NCBI GenBank assembly: GCA_963666835.2
Contig: CAXXGO010000006.1
Coordinates: 256,001-320,000 of the forward strand
Reading direction: 5' to 3'
From: Phycisphaerae bacterium
GTDB taxonomy: Bacteria > Planctomycetota > Phycisphaerae > UBA1845
DNA length: 64,000 nt
This document shows, piece after piece, positions 1 through 12,819 of the stretch. The first letter of the stretch is position 1. Each line of letters opens with the position of its first letter. The notes below the pieces were generated by a model. The model was given only the letters and a program-made list of their open reading frames with translations, had not been told where the DNA came from and did not search any database. A program made the translations under genes and the position numbers.

Positions 1-477
1 CACGTTGAGCTTCTGGCGGCGGACGTCTTCGGCGCCCATGTAGACCGCGCATTCGAGCCCGCACGCCGCGGCGGCCGTAGCGGTCGCTACGCCGTGTTGC
101 CCCGCTCCGGTCTCGGCGATAATCCGCCGCTTACCCATCCTCCGGGCGAGCAGCACTTGCCCGATCGTGTTGTTGATCTTGTGGGCTCCGGTGTGGTTGA
201 GATCCTCTCGTTTGAAGTAGACCCGGGCACCGCCGAGCTGGTTCGAGAGCCGATCCGCCCGGTAGAGCGGGCTGGGCCGGCCGACGTAGTCGCGCAGCCA
301 GCCGTGCAGTTCTTGCCAGAAAGACTCGTCCGAGCGGGCAACGGCGTAGGCGTCGGTCAGTTCCGTGACCGCCGGCATCAGGGTCTCGGGCACAAAACAG
401 CCCCCGAAATCCCCGAACCGCCCCCGAGCATCGGGCCCCCAGCGGCTGTCGTCCGGCGGCATGATGTCGATATCCAT
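1..477 (-). CDS. trpB: Tryptophan synthase beta chain, N-terminal part (runs off the window start)
   Basis: Minus-strand translation from ATG at 477 gives ...[16 protein letters not shown]...[46 protein letters not shown]..., the TrpB PLP-lysine motif. GGGAG RBS upstream. Not in the ORF track because there is no stop in the window. Confidence 0.97.
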   Translation of the reverse strand, partial: MDIDIMPPDDSRWGPDARGRFGDFGGCFVPETLMPAVTELTDAYAVARSDESFWQELHGWLRDYVGRPSPLYRADRLSNQLGGARVYFKREDLNHTGAHKINNTIGQVLLARRMGKRRIIAETGAGQHGVATATAAAACGLECAVYMGAEDVRRQKLNV

Positions 478-659
478 GGCGATACTCCCTCGGTCCCGCG
501 GCAACTTCGAGCCGGTCCTGCTTTCTACGTTTGGCGGATCATGGTAGCCCTGCTCCCGGTGAGCGTCCAAGCCTCCGCTGTGACCGGCGGGAGCGGGAGA
601 TCTGCATCGTCCGCTAAGATCACGCATTCAACCCCAAATCGGAAAAAACTACTGGCCGG

Positions 660-701
660 TTGACGCGAGGCCGATATATCCTAGTATCCGGATATACGGA
701 T
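660..701 (+). promoter_or_regulatory. Putative sigma70 promoter (TTGACG...TAGTAT) overlapped by palindromic operator ATCCG-gatata-CGGAT
   Basis: TTGACG 660-665, TAGTAT 682-687, inverted repeat 686-701, directly upstream of the ArsR-methyltransferase gene. Confidence 0.55.
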
Positions 702-740
702 TCTCGGGCGCGGGTCGGGCTCGAATAGGTGGGCGTGCGG

Positions 741-1679
741 ATGAAGCCGGAGATAGTCTTCAAGGCCATGGCGGACGGAACGCGTCAGCGGGTGTTGATC
801 GCGCTGAGCCGGCACGAGCTGAGCGTATCGGAGCTGGTGGAAGTGCTCCGGCAGCCTCAGTCGACGGTCTCGCGGCATCTAAAGACACTGCGGGAGGCCG
901 GGCTGATTCGAGACCGGCGGGACGGCTCGACAGTGCTGTATGCGGTGGTCGAGCCGACAGTGGGGAACGGCGAGGATGCGCTGACGGCGATGATGCTGAG
1001 TTGGGTCGCTGAGCAACAGACGACGTCGGCTCTGGATCGCCGGTTGGAGGCGGTAATCCAGCGACGCAGCCAGATGAGCGACCGGTTCTTCCATGATCTC
1101 GGTCGGCACTGGGATACTCTGCGTGAGGAGAGTTTCGGGGCCGGCTTCCACCTCGAAGCTCCGCTGGCGCTGCTGCCGCCGGAGTGGGTGGTAGCCGATT
1201 TGGGAACCGGAACCGGTTACATGCTGCCGGCGTTGGCGAACCACTTCGCGAGGGTTATCGGAGTGGACCCGGTCGAGGCGATGTTGGAGGGAGCTCGGCA
1301 TAGGGTAGCGCTGGCCGGTCTTACGAACGTGGAATTGCACAACGGTGATCTTTCGGAGTTGCCGATTAGCGACGAGGCGGTGGATCTGGCGGTTGCGGTT
1401 CTAGTGTTGCATCACGTACCGGTTCTGCAACGGGCTCTGGTGGAGATTCACCGGATTGTCCGCCCCGGCGGCCGCGTGTTGATCGTCGAACAGTTCGCCC
1501 ACGAGCACGACAACTTTCGCGACCGGATGCAGGATCACTGGTTCGGCTTCGAGCCGGCCGCACTTACCGGTCAGATGGAATCGGCAGGATTCGACGACGT
1601 ACGATTGAGCCGCCTTGCCACGGTAGAGCGAGCGGCGGACGCCCCGGATCTGATGGTCGCCACGGGTACGAGCCGGTAG
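741..1679 (+). CDS. ArsR-family HTH + SAM-binding (methyltransferase-like) regulator, SahR-like
   Basis: N-terminal ArsR HTH ([13 protein letters not shown]...[17 protein letters not shown]) and C-terminal class I SAM motif (VADLGTGTG). Lies immediately upstream of ahcY, the known SahR arrangement. Confidence 0.9.
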   Translation: MKPEIVFKAMADGTRQRVLIALSRHELSVSELVEVLRQPQSTVSRHLKTLREAGLIRDRRDGSTVLYAVVEPTVGNGEDALTAMMLSWVAEQQTTSALDRRLEAVIQRRSQMSDRFFHDLGRHWDTLREESFGAGFHLEAPLALLPPEWVVADLGTGTGYMLPALANHFARVIGVDPVEAMLEGARHRVALAGLTNVELHNGDLSELPISDEAVDLAVAVLVLHHVPVLQRALVEIHRIVRPGGRVLIVEQFAHEHDNFRDRMQDHWFGFEPAALTGQMESAGFDDVRLSRLATVERAADAPDLMVATGTSR

Positions 1680-1740
1680 CGCGATCGGATTAGACCTTGA
1701 TAACGGGAACAACAGAGAGCTTGTTTTTCTGGAGATTACG

Positions 1741-3168
<1,428 letters not shown>

Positions 3169-3236
3169 CAACGGCGGGCTCGTGTGCCGCTGCTCCTGAG
3201 CGGAGCAGGGCCGCCGGTGTTGCAGTCAGTGCGCAT

Positions 3237-3281
3237 GAGAAAAGGGGGAGCCGAGCCCATCCGGCTCCCCCGTTCTCTTTT
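3237..3281 (+). terminator. Intrinsic terminator after ahcY
   Basis: Stem GGGGGAGCCG (3244-3253) / CGGCTCCCCC (3262-3271) followed by GTTCTCTTTT. Confidence 0.75.
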
Positions 3282-3335
3282 CGCTACCCCCTTGACGGAG
3301 GCTCGCTCATAGACGCCATTCCGTTGGCATACCCC

Positions 3336-3363
3336 GTAGAGCACGGTCGAGGCACGAGACCTG
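3336..3363 (+). repeat. GTAG-REP (family A) left part, serving as the 5' exon of the intron
   Basis: GTAGAGCACGGTCGAGGCACGAGACCTG. The remainder CCGCAACGGCGCG resumes at 4034-4046. Confidence 0.85.
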
Positions 3364-4033
3364 GAAAGCGCCGGGATAAACCGGCATGGAGTAGCGGATG
3401 AAAGAGCCGTACAGGAAAGGGTTAGCGTCCCATCCTGACCCCGAGTCATGCGCCGGGGGTCGCAAGGCCCCGGGCGAAGCGTTGACAGGGGCACAGGTGG
3501 GCCCGGCTATTGAGCTCCGAAAACGTGTACGTCTGCCGTGCCGACCCAGTCAGGTCACGGGGAAGGCCACATGAGCGGTGACGATAAGCGCGAGCCGTCG
3601 CTTGACGCCACGGAGTCGAAGACCCTGGGCACGCTTGGAAGCTCTATGCGCGAGAACCGGGAGGCCCCGAAGACTCCCTCGGCGGATAGCACCGGGGAAC
3701 GGTCGGAGAAGGGGGTTTGCCGAACGTCCGGCATGTACGTCTACGGGGAGTCGGACGATCTCATAGTACCAACGAAGCTGGCGAACAAAGCTGGGTAACC
3801 GGTGGCGGAGTCGGTGGAGGGAAGGGGATCGACCAAGGGCAACACCTTGCAGACTGCTGCGGGCCGGGCACAGCACCGGAAGCCCGGGCTCAGAACCGGG
3901 AAGCCCGCATCGATCGGGCTGGATGGTGTACGATCGACTGATCGTTATGACCCGAGGTAGGAGCCGTATGAGGTAATTCTTCACGTACGGATCTGTGCGG
4001 GGGGTGGCCCGAAAGGGCCATTCCTAGTGCGAC
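3364..4033 (+). mobile_element. ORF-less group II intron RNA (IIB / class E-like scaffold)
   Basis: Domain V GAGCCGTATGAGGTAATTCTTCACGTACGGATCT (3961-3994, AGC triad), domain VI hairpin with GAAA loop ending ...GCGAC, DIII-like GGGGAGTCGGACGATCTCATAGTACC...GGAGGGAAGGGG, and DI motifs GACCCCGAGTCATGCG, GAAGCGTTGACAGGGG, ATTGAGCTCCGAAA. EBS1 CAGGTC (3551-3556) is complementary to exon GACCTG (3358-3363). No RT ORF in DIV. Confidence 0.93.
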
Positions 4034-4083
4034 CCGCAACGGCGCGTGGCGCAGCGCTTTGTAGTGAGTTGTGTTCCACAGCG

Positions 4084-4653
4084 CTAAAGCGATGGGCCAC
4101 CCGGCGTCCGCGGGACGCAGAACAGCCCTAAAGCCACGACCAGAAGCCCTACGGACATGCACATGACAACCGGACGGGTCTCGCGATCGCAGAAGACGCG
4201 GTCGTAATCGTAGGCCGGCAGATGACTCGCAAAATTGGTGACCAGCGGCGGCGGAGCCGCCGGTTGGGGTATAAACGGCTCCGCAGAGTGCTCATCGAAG
4301 GCTACTAATGAAACCGGGGCGTAATCGGCGGCGGCAGCCACGCGGACCGTGCGATCGCCGATCCGGCGGAATCGCAGATCGCGTTGGGCCAAGCGGTCGA
4401 TGACGGCCGGGTCGGTCCGCATCGCCTCCAACTGCCGCCGCTCCCGGTCCACCGCTCGCTGCACTTGTTGCAACCGATGTTCCTCCGCCTGACGGGCCAG
4501 GTCGAGCGTCTGATAGGCCCGCCATTCCGGGAGGATCACGCACGGGGTAAACGTACCGAAGGCCAGCAGCACAAGAAGCCAGAAGACAACCGTCCCCCCG
4601 TGACGAGGCGGATGGTGCGCCGGCGGCGGTGACCCGAAGTTCGCCTCAGTCAT
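4084..4653 (-). CDS. Septum-formation-initiator (FtsB/DivIC)-like membrane protein with an extra C-terminal TM helix
   Basis: TM helix, then coiled coil, then DPAVIDRLAQRDLRF (resembles DivIC 'D...IE..AR..L'). Starts 3 nt after the eno stop. Confidence 0.6.
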   Translation of the reverse strand: MTEANFGSPPPAHHPPRHGGTVVFWLLVLLAFGTFTPCVILPEWRAYQTLDLARQAEEHRLQQVQRAVDRERRQLEAMRTDPAVIDRLAQRDLRFRRIGDRTVRVAAAADYAPVSLVAFDEHSAEPFIPQPAAPPPLVTNFASHLPAYDYDRVFCDRETRPVVMCMSVGLLVVALGLFCVPRTPGGPSL

Positions 4654-4656
4654 TGA

Positions 4657-6630
<1,974 letters not shown>

Positions 6631-6682
6631 TCCTTGTGACTCTCGCGCGTCCGCCCGGGCGGGCAGACGCCTTGGGCTCGGG

Positions 6683-8239
6683 CTACGTCCGGAAGGCGTC
6701 CACCGCGGGAAGCGATTCTGCCAGCTTTTTCAGAGCGGTCTTGCGACAAAGGGCCACGAAGAACTCCCGCGATCGGGCGATACCGTTCCAGCGAATATCT
6801 TCGACAGCTTGATCCACGGCCGCTTGCCGTTGGGCGACGGCCTCGGGGCAAGCCGCCAAGATCGCCGCACTAATGTCGCGAATCTCCTGAAAGACGGCCG
6901 CCCGCGCCCGGTGGTTCCGCGGGTAGTTATCCCGGAGTCTGTTTGCCCGGTTCACGGCATCGGTGCGCTGTTCGATCAGCGGAAGCAGGTCCGGGCGGAG
7001 CCCGACATTGCGTTGCGGGTTGTGCTGCAAATCGCGCAACGCCTGGCGGGTGGTTCGTAACGTCTCTGCGGTGGCGGGCCGGGTCGGCAGATCCAACCCC
7101 AACGTTGCGGTCACGCACCCTACCTGCGGCGGGGTCAGGCCGTAGTAGTCTCTAATGATCGCGTCCGTGATCCGGTCGTATTTCGCCCCTCCGATGCCGT
7201 GGATGAACAGATCCGCCACCAGCAGCCGAGCCCAGAGCGTGAGAGTAAGGGCTCGCGGACGCAGCCGCCATCCGCCGAAGGGCTCCGGGGGCCAGGCAGG
7301 CTCCGCCGTGCCCATCGCGGGAAGAGCACCGAGGCGAGTGTCATTTGCAAGTAGCTGCACTTCGCCGCCGCAGGTCCGGGCGAAGAGCCGGGTGCGGCGT
7401 GAACTTGCTCGCTGCGCCCACACCGGTACCTCCCACCAATCCCCGTTCTGTTTGAGGTCGGGAATCGGGCGGTTCGTCCCGCGCACTCGGTTCGCCCGGC
7501 GGTAATCAGCCAGCGCCTTGTTATAACTAGCCGCGAACCGCGGAGCGTTACACAGGAGATCGACCAGCAGCGGTCCGCCCCAATACTCGCTGACCCGCCG
7601 GTCCGTAAGGGTCACTCCGCATAGCGCATCAAGACCTTTGCGGCCCGCGATTATCTGATCGACCCAATCACGCACATTTGCTGCCCCGCGCAGAGCGCTC
7701 ATGAAGTCCGGCATCGCAGACTCGGCGTACCGCTTTCCAAGAGCAGAGATCACTTCCTGCTCGAAACGGTTGAGGTCTTCGACCCCGGCACGAGGAACCT
7801 GTTCGAACGTGTGCCCGGCCGGGAGGTCGGTGAATCGCACCTGCTCCGTAGTGAGGCGCTCGTTACGTATCGCCGGCACTGAGATGGTCGTTTGCCGGAG
7901 AGTATCGTTGTCGACGACGACGTTGATTCCGATTCCCTCGACAGCCTGCGCCAGCCGTCCGGCCACGATGCCCTTGGCCCAGGCCCCGGCGTGCATGAAC
8001 TCCGGCTGGTGCCCGGTGACGACAATGAGCTTGTCATCCGTACCGGCGAGGGCGTTGCGAGCAGAGCGACGGCAATCCGCAAGGGCGACGCCGGCGAGAC
8101 AGATGGGAGCATGCCGCAAGGCCGCGGCGTTCGCCTGCGCGATCCGGCCCCACAGCGCCGGATCGGGCGCGACCAGTACGTCCCCGTGCCTTGCAGGCGC
8201 CTGCAGCGAGGCATAATCAATCGTCGTTGGGCTGGTCAC
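6683..8239 (-). CDS. BshC-like protein (putative cysteine-adding ligase family)
   Basis: VVTGHQPEF..G...K, VVDND, LRPRAL, FIHGIGGAKYD and C-terminal ..RE motifs parallel BshC (TGQQ, LRP, GPGE.Y, QER). GTG start overlaps the GT2 stop (GTGA). Confidence 0.6.
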   Translation of the reverse strand: MTSPTTIDYASLQAPARHGDVLVAPDPALWGRIAQANAAALRHAPICLAGVALADCRRSARNALAGTDDKLIVVTGHQPEFMHAGAWAKGIVAGRLAQAVEGIGINVVVDNDTLRQTTISVPAIRNERLTTEQVRFTDLPAGHTFEQVPRAGVEDLNRFEQEVISALGKRYAESAMPDFMSALRGAANVRDWVDQIIAGRKGLDALCGVTLTDRRVSEYWGGPLLVDLLCNAPRFAASYNKALADYRRANRVRGTNRPIPDLKQNGDWWEVPVWAQRASSRRTRLFARTCGGEVQLLANDTRLGALPAMGTAEPAWPPEPFGGWRLRPRALTLTLWARLLVADLFIHGIGGAKYDRITDAIIRDYYGLTPPQVGCVTATLGLDLPTRPATAETLRTTRQALRDLQHNPQRNVGLRPDLLPLIEQRTDAVNRANRLRDNYPRNHRARAAVFQEIRDISAAILAACPEAVAQRQAAVDQAVEDIRWNGIARSREFFVALCRKTALKKLAESLPAVDAFRT

Positions 8240-8982
8240 GTGCAAAGCAGGCCGTGTTCTTGCGGAAAGTCGGACCGGGAGTCGCTTCTATCCAGCTCGG
8301 CCGTCAGCGCCGAAAGGTAGTATTCCAGCCTCGTCACGGGATCATCCAGCCCGCCCCCAAAGAAGCGGCAGGGGTTGTTGTAGATCAGCCGAACCGGCAG
8401 TTCCCGAACTCGCAACCCGGCTCGGGCAATCTGCACCCACATTTGAATCGGCGCGGCGTACCCCGGCTCGGTGATCGCCAAGCGCGCGAGCGAGGCCACC
8501 CGATAGGCTTTGAATCCACAAAACGCGTCGGTTATTCCCAGCCCGAGGCGCGCGTTAATGATCCCGGTTATCCGACGATTGATTTCGCGTCGGTCGGTCG
8601 GAGCCGCCTGGCCTGCATCGTAGCCGGCGGGGTAGCGCGTCCCGCTGACCACATCGGCCTTGTCCTGCCGGGCTACGGCGAGAAACCGCGGAATGTCCGC
8701 GGGCTCATGTTGTCCGTCACCGTCCATGACGATCAACCACTCGTAGGTCCGGGCTGTGGCATACTCGATAGCGTCCGCCAGACTCCGCCCGTATCCGAGG
8801 TTCTCCGAATGCGTGAGAACTTGCACATCGCCGCACCGGCTCAGGACCTGCGGCGTATCGTCGGTCGACCCGTCGTCGACGACGAGAACATCCGCGCAAA
8901 AGCGGCGGGCCTCGGTCAGGACCGTAGCGATGGTCTGTCCCTCGTTCAGGGCTGGAATCGCCAACAGGCAGCTATTCGGCAT
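8236..8982 (-). CDS. Glycosyltransferase family 2 (DPM1-like)
   Basis: IPALNE, VVDDGSTD, NLGYG, MDGDGQH, DAFCGFKAY. Confidence 0.93.
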   Translation of the reverse strand: MPNSCLLAIPALNEGQTIATVLTEARRFCADVLVVDDGSTDDTPQVLSRCGDVQVLTHSENLGYGRSLADAIEYATARTYEWLIVMDGDGQHEPADIPRFLAVARQDKADVVSGTRYPAGYDAGQAAPTDRREINRRITGIINARLGLGITDAFCGFKAYRVASLARLAITEPGYAAPIQMWVQIARAGLRVRELPVRLIYNNPCRFFGGGLDDPVTRLEYYLSALTAELDRSDSRSDFPQEHGLLCT

Positions 8983-9217
8983 CCGGCTGAGTTCCTCGCG
9001 ATAATCCCCGTTTGACTGGTCAGGCACGCCGGGGGATCGTAGACTCAGACCCGGAAAAATCAAACCGCCGCCCTTGGAAGGGGCGGTGGAGGACGTCGGA
9101 GCCTTGCTTACCGATCAACCGCCGGCGCCTTGAGGGAATCCGCGCCGGTGTGCTACGCTGGGTAGAACTTGAAAGCGTGGATCCGAACAGCCGAACACGG
9201 AACTTCTAATAACCCGT

Positions 9218-10258
9218 ATGTATCGAACGTCGCCGGAAACTACCGTTGCCACAAGATCAAAGCCAATGGGCCGAGTCGCCTTTCTGGCCGCTGCGATGGC
9301 CTGCGCCGGACTCGGCTGCGTGCCGCTCGGGACATACCGGGCTCGACAGTATGTCTCCTACGGCGAGGCTTACCTGGCCGAACAGAACCTGGAAGCTGCC
9401 CTGGCCGAGTTTCAGGCCGCGGCCCAGGTCGACCCGCAGATGGCCGAAGCCCATTCGAAGATGGGCGACATCTATCAGCGGATGGGCGAATACGACCGGG
9501 CGATAGACTGTTTCATCGAGGCCATCCGGCGCAACCCGTTCTCTTTCGCCGACACGTTCAACTTAGCACAGTTGTACCACTTCACCAAGCAGATCAAGGA
9601 CGCTATCCAGGCGTACCTGCACGCCGTCCAACTCCAGCCCGACCACTTCGACGCTCAACTGAATCTGGGCACGTGCTATCAACAGACCGGAGACTACGCT
9701 CAAGCCGTCGAACGGTTCGAGAAGGCTATTGCGATTGACCCGAACCGCTCTCACGCGTACGTCAACCTCGGTGTCGCTCTGGACGCTCAGGGCAAGTACT
9801 ACGAGGCAATTAAGGCTTATAAGGAATCCCTCGAGCGTGATAGCCGCCAGCCGTTGGTGCTGGTCAACCTCGCTCATACGTATATGAACCAGGATCGGCT
9901 GAAGATGGCCCGGCAGTCGCTGGACCAGGCTATCCGCATGGATTCGCAACTGGCCGCGGCCCATGAGGCGTTGGGATACTGTCTGTTCAGATTGCGGGAG
10001 TTCGACGCCGGTGCGGCGGCGTATCGCCAAGCGCTGGCCTGCAACTGGCGGCTGCCTCGCGCCCACGCCGGTTTGGGCTCGATCAGCATGCTCCAGTATC
10101 TTGAAGACAAGACGAACCCGAGGCTGCGAGACCAAGCCTTGGAGCATTGGCACCAATCCCTGGAGCTGGACCCCGACCAACCGCGCATCCGGAAGCTGCT
10201 CGCCCGCTACCGACCTCAACGCCGCGATCCCGAGTCCGCTCTGCTCAAGCAGCAGTAG
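9218..10258 (+). CDS. Tetratricopeptide-repeat lipoprotein
   Basis: Hydrophobic leader ending LGC, followed by about 8 TPR repeats (A...G..Y...G.Y..AI..Y..A...P). Confidence 0.9.
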   Translation: MYRTSPETTVATRSKPMGRVAFLAAAMACAGLGCVPLGTYRARQYVSYGEAYLAEQNLEAALAEFQAAAQVDPQMAEAHSKMGDIYQRMGEYDRAIDCFIEAIRRNPFSFADTFNLAQLYHFTKQIKDAIQAYLHAVQLQPDHFDAQLNLGTCYQQTGDYAQAVERFEKAIAIDPNRSHAYVNLGVALDAQGKYYEAIKAYKESLERDSRQPLVLVNLAHTYMNQDRLKMARQSLDQAIRMDSQLAAAHEALGYCLFRLREFDAGAAAYRQALACNWRLPRAHAGLGSISMLQYLEDKTNPRLRDQALEHWHQSLELDPDQPRIRKLLARYRPQRRDPESALLKQQ

Positions 10259-10579
10259 CGCAGGCATTCTGCCTGCAGCGCGTAGGGCACGGTCAAGGGA
10301 CGAGACCTGTCATGATGGCTCTTGGTCGGGTGGCGAGTGTGCCCCTGGTCCAGAGCAGTGTGCCGGGCGGCCCGGATCCTCTTGGATTCGACGCGTCTTG
10401 CGGCCCAGCGAGGAAGAAACGCCGTTACTTTGTTGAAAACCGCGTGGCGGTTCCCATACAATCGGGGAGGGACATCCGGGGCGTTCGCTCGATGCGGTAC
10501 GCCGGTTGGCAGCAATATGATCGCTGTCGACAAGCCGTACTCGAGCGCCACCGGGCCGCCCCGAATACGGAGACCGCAC

Positions 10580-12397
10580 GTGAAGACCCCGAAACCAGCC
10601 AAAGTGCTTGCCGAGCCGGCGGCCGTGTTGCTCTTCCTTGTTTTCGGATTCCCACCCGTATCCTCGACCGCATACGGCGGCGAACCTCAGCCCGGCTCGG
10701 ATCCTCTCGCCGCCCCGGCATTGCCGGGGGAGGTGGCGGACAGTCCCTGGCCGACGTTCCGCCATGATCTGCGGAATACGGGGTATACCCCCTACACGGG
10801 GCCGGCTACGCCTGACGTCGCCTGGATTTTCTCCGCCTCCGGCGAGATTCTCGCCTCTCCAACTCTGGGCCGCGACGGGACGATCTACATAGGCACTCGT
10901 GGGCGTTTCTCCGGAGGCAACCAGGGCGATTTCTATGCCCTACGTCCTGACGGCACCGTCCGCTGGACGTATCCGGTGACGTCAGGGTTCTTCGCTTCGG
11001 CCGCCCTGGGGCCGGGAAATATCATCTACGTGGTCTCTCTCGATGGAAATCTCCATGCCCTTGCGGATCACGGTACTCATGCGGAAGTACAATGGGTGAC
11101 CCAACTCGACGTCGCATACAGCTCCCCTGCAGTTGCCTCAGACGGTACGATCTATGTAGGTGGTCTGGCTTTTGCATTCTATGCTATAGACCCGACTGAT
11201 GGATCCATCAAATGGGATTGGACGACGGGCTGGTGCATTTTTTCCTCCGCGGCCATTAGCGATGACGGGATCGTGTATGTCGGTTCCAAGGACCAACAGC
11301 TTTATGCCCTGGATCCAGCTTTGGAGGCAGCCGTTTGGCAGTTTGCGGCCGGCGATTTTTATGACGGACATATGGTCGATTCGTCCCCCGCGGTCGGTGC
11401 CGACGGTACGATCTACTTCGGCACGGACCCGTATGGCTCTTGCTGCCATACCCCCGTGGCGGTCGATACCAGCTTCTGGGCGGTAAACCCAGATGGCAGC
11501 CTGAAGTGGTCTTTCGATACCGGTGACGGAGTGGAGTCATCTCCTGCAATCGGCCCCGACGGCACCGTATATTTCGGATCCTATGATCACCATCTGTACG
11601 CCGTTGCGGACACCGGTTCCGCGGGCGTCCTGCAATGGAAGTTCCCTACCGGTGGCACGGTCGACGGGTCTCCAACCGTAGATCGCGACGGCGTGGTGTA
11701 CTTTGGCTCCCGTGATTCGAACATATACGCCCTTCATGCTGACGGGACAGTGAAGTGGAGTTTTCCGACAAGCGGGGACATCGAGAGTTCGCCGACCATC
11801 GATCACAACGGGTATCTGTATATCGGAGGCTTTGACGGCAACCTCTATGTTCTGGGCACGGGCGCCCCGGACGTCGGGGTGGTTTCTATAGACCTGCCCG
11901 ACGAAGTGGTGGCCGGAGCAGCCTATTCACCCAGGGCCACAGTGGGGAATTTCCGGGCGGCGGACCAGCAGGTAGACGTTGCCTGCAGCATCACGACAGA
12001 TGGTATGGCCGTATATAGCGATACAACCACTCTCATACTTAGCGGAGGAAGTGATGAGCAGTACACCTTCGCCCCCTGGGCAGTTGAACTGGAGTTAGGC
12101 ACGGCGTACGTAGTGGCGGTGACGACTTCTCTGGCTGAGGATGAGAACGTCGGTAACAACTCACGCGTCGTACAAACGCTCAGCTACGGCGGGCAATGTG
12201 GAGACGGGATCGTAAGTGTGGGGGAGGAGTGCGACGACGGCAACCGCGTCCCGGGCGACGGGTGTGACGCTGATTGCCTGATCGAGGTGGAGGGAATCCC
12301 CACGGTCTCCGGCTGGCACGTGATAATCCTAGCCCTGCTCCTGGCCGCCGCGGGCAAAACCCGGCTCGGACTGAATCGGCGTAGACGAGCAGCCTGA
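10580..12397 (+). CDS. Secreted PQQ-like beta-propeller repeat protein with CARDB-like domain, CGDG Cys-repeat and IPTL-CTERM-like tail
   Basis: GTG start with GGAG RBS, signal peptide, WPTFRHD..NTG, repeated SSPAIG.DGT.Y.GS.D..LYA...G..KW.F, CGDG....GEECDDGN...GDGC, then IPTVSGW + TM + basic tail. Confidence 0.85.
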   Translation: MKTPKPAKVLAEPAAVLLFLVFGFPPVSSTAYGGEPQPGSDPLAAPALPGEVADSPWPTFRHDLRNTGYTPYTGPATPDVAWIFSASGEILASPTLGRDGTIYIGTRGRFSGGNQGDFYALRPDGTVRWTYPVTSGFFASAALGPGNIIYVVSLDGNLHALADHGTHAEVQWVTQLDVAYSSPAVASDGTIYVGGLAFAFYAIDPTDGSIKWDWTTGWCIFSSAAISDDGIVYVGSKDQQLYALDPALEAAVWQFAAGDFYDGHMVDSSPAVGADGTIYFGTDPYGSCCHTPVAVDTSFWAVNPDGSLKWSFDTGDGVESSPAIGPDGTVYFGSYDHHLYAVADTGSAGVLQWKFPTGGTVDGSPTVDRDGVVYFGSRDSNIYALHADGTVKWSFPTSGDIESSPTIDHNGYLYIGGFDGNLYVLGTGAPDVGVVSIDLPDEVVAGAAYSPRATVGNFRAADQQVDVACSITTDGMAVYSDTTTLILSGGSDEQYTFAPWAVELELGTAYVVAVTTSLAEDENVGNNSRVVQTLSYGGQCGDGIVSVGEECDDGNRVPGDGCDADCLIEVEGIPTVSGWHVIILALLLAAAGKTRLGLNRRRRAA

Positions 12398-12459
12398 TAA
12401 CCTGAGCCGCGGGCACTGGCCGTGGCACGCGGAAGGAGCTTACGCGTCGCTACGCGTAC

Positions 12460-12802
12460 GTAGGGCAATCGTAACGGACCGAGGCGCGAGACCTGCCGCC
12501 GAGGGCGGCATGGGCAAGCGTCGCCGATTCGCGCGGCGAAGTACCGTTCGTTACTTAATTCCGCGTTAGGGTTATGGACCGTTCCAGCTTGCCCGGGGAT
12601 GCCCGCGCCGCATCGCGCACCACGGGTCAACAGGTTGACCCAGGCCACCCAATTGGCACTTTTGTAGAGCACGGTTGGGGGGCGAGCCCCCCCGTGGTCT
12701 TTGCGTGATGCAGGCATTGCGGCAGGTCTCGTTCCTCGACCGTGCCCTACGGGGCTTCGCGCGGTGGTCGGCGTTGCGGCAGGGTCTCGTGCCTCGGCCC
12801 GG
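12460..12802. repeat. Cluster of REP-A copies and family-E palindromic element
   Basis: REP-A variants at 12460-12497(+), 12721-12750(-) and 12775-12797(-). 12510-12651 is the inverse of 25335-25475. Confidence 0.75.
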
Positions 12803-12819
12803 CGTTACTTGGCTTGGCG

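Noticed and set aside
3538..3984. ORFs inside the intron as an intron-encoded RT
   Set aside because: Short, with no RT motifs (no YADD); they simply read through structured RNA.
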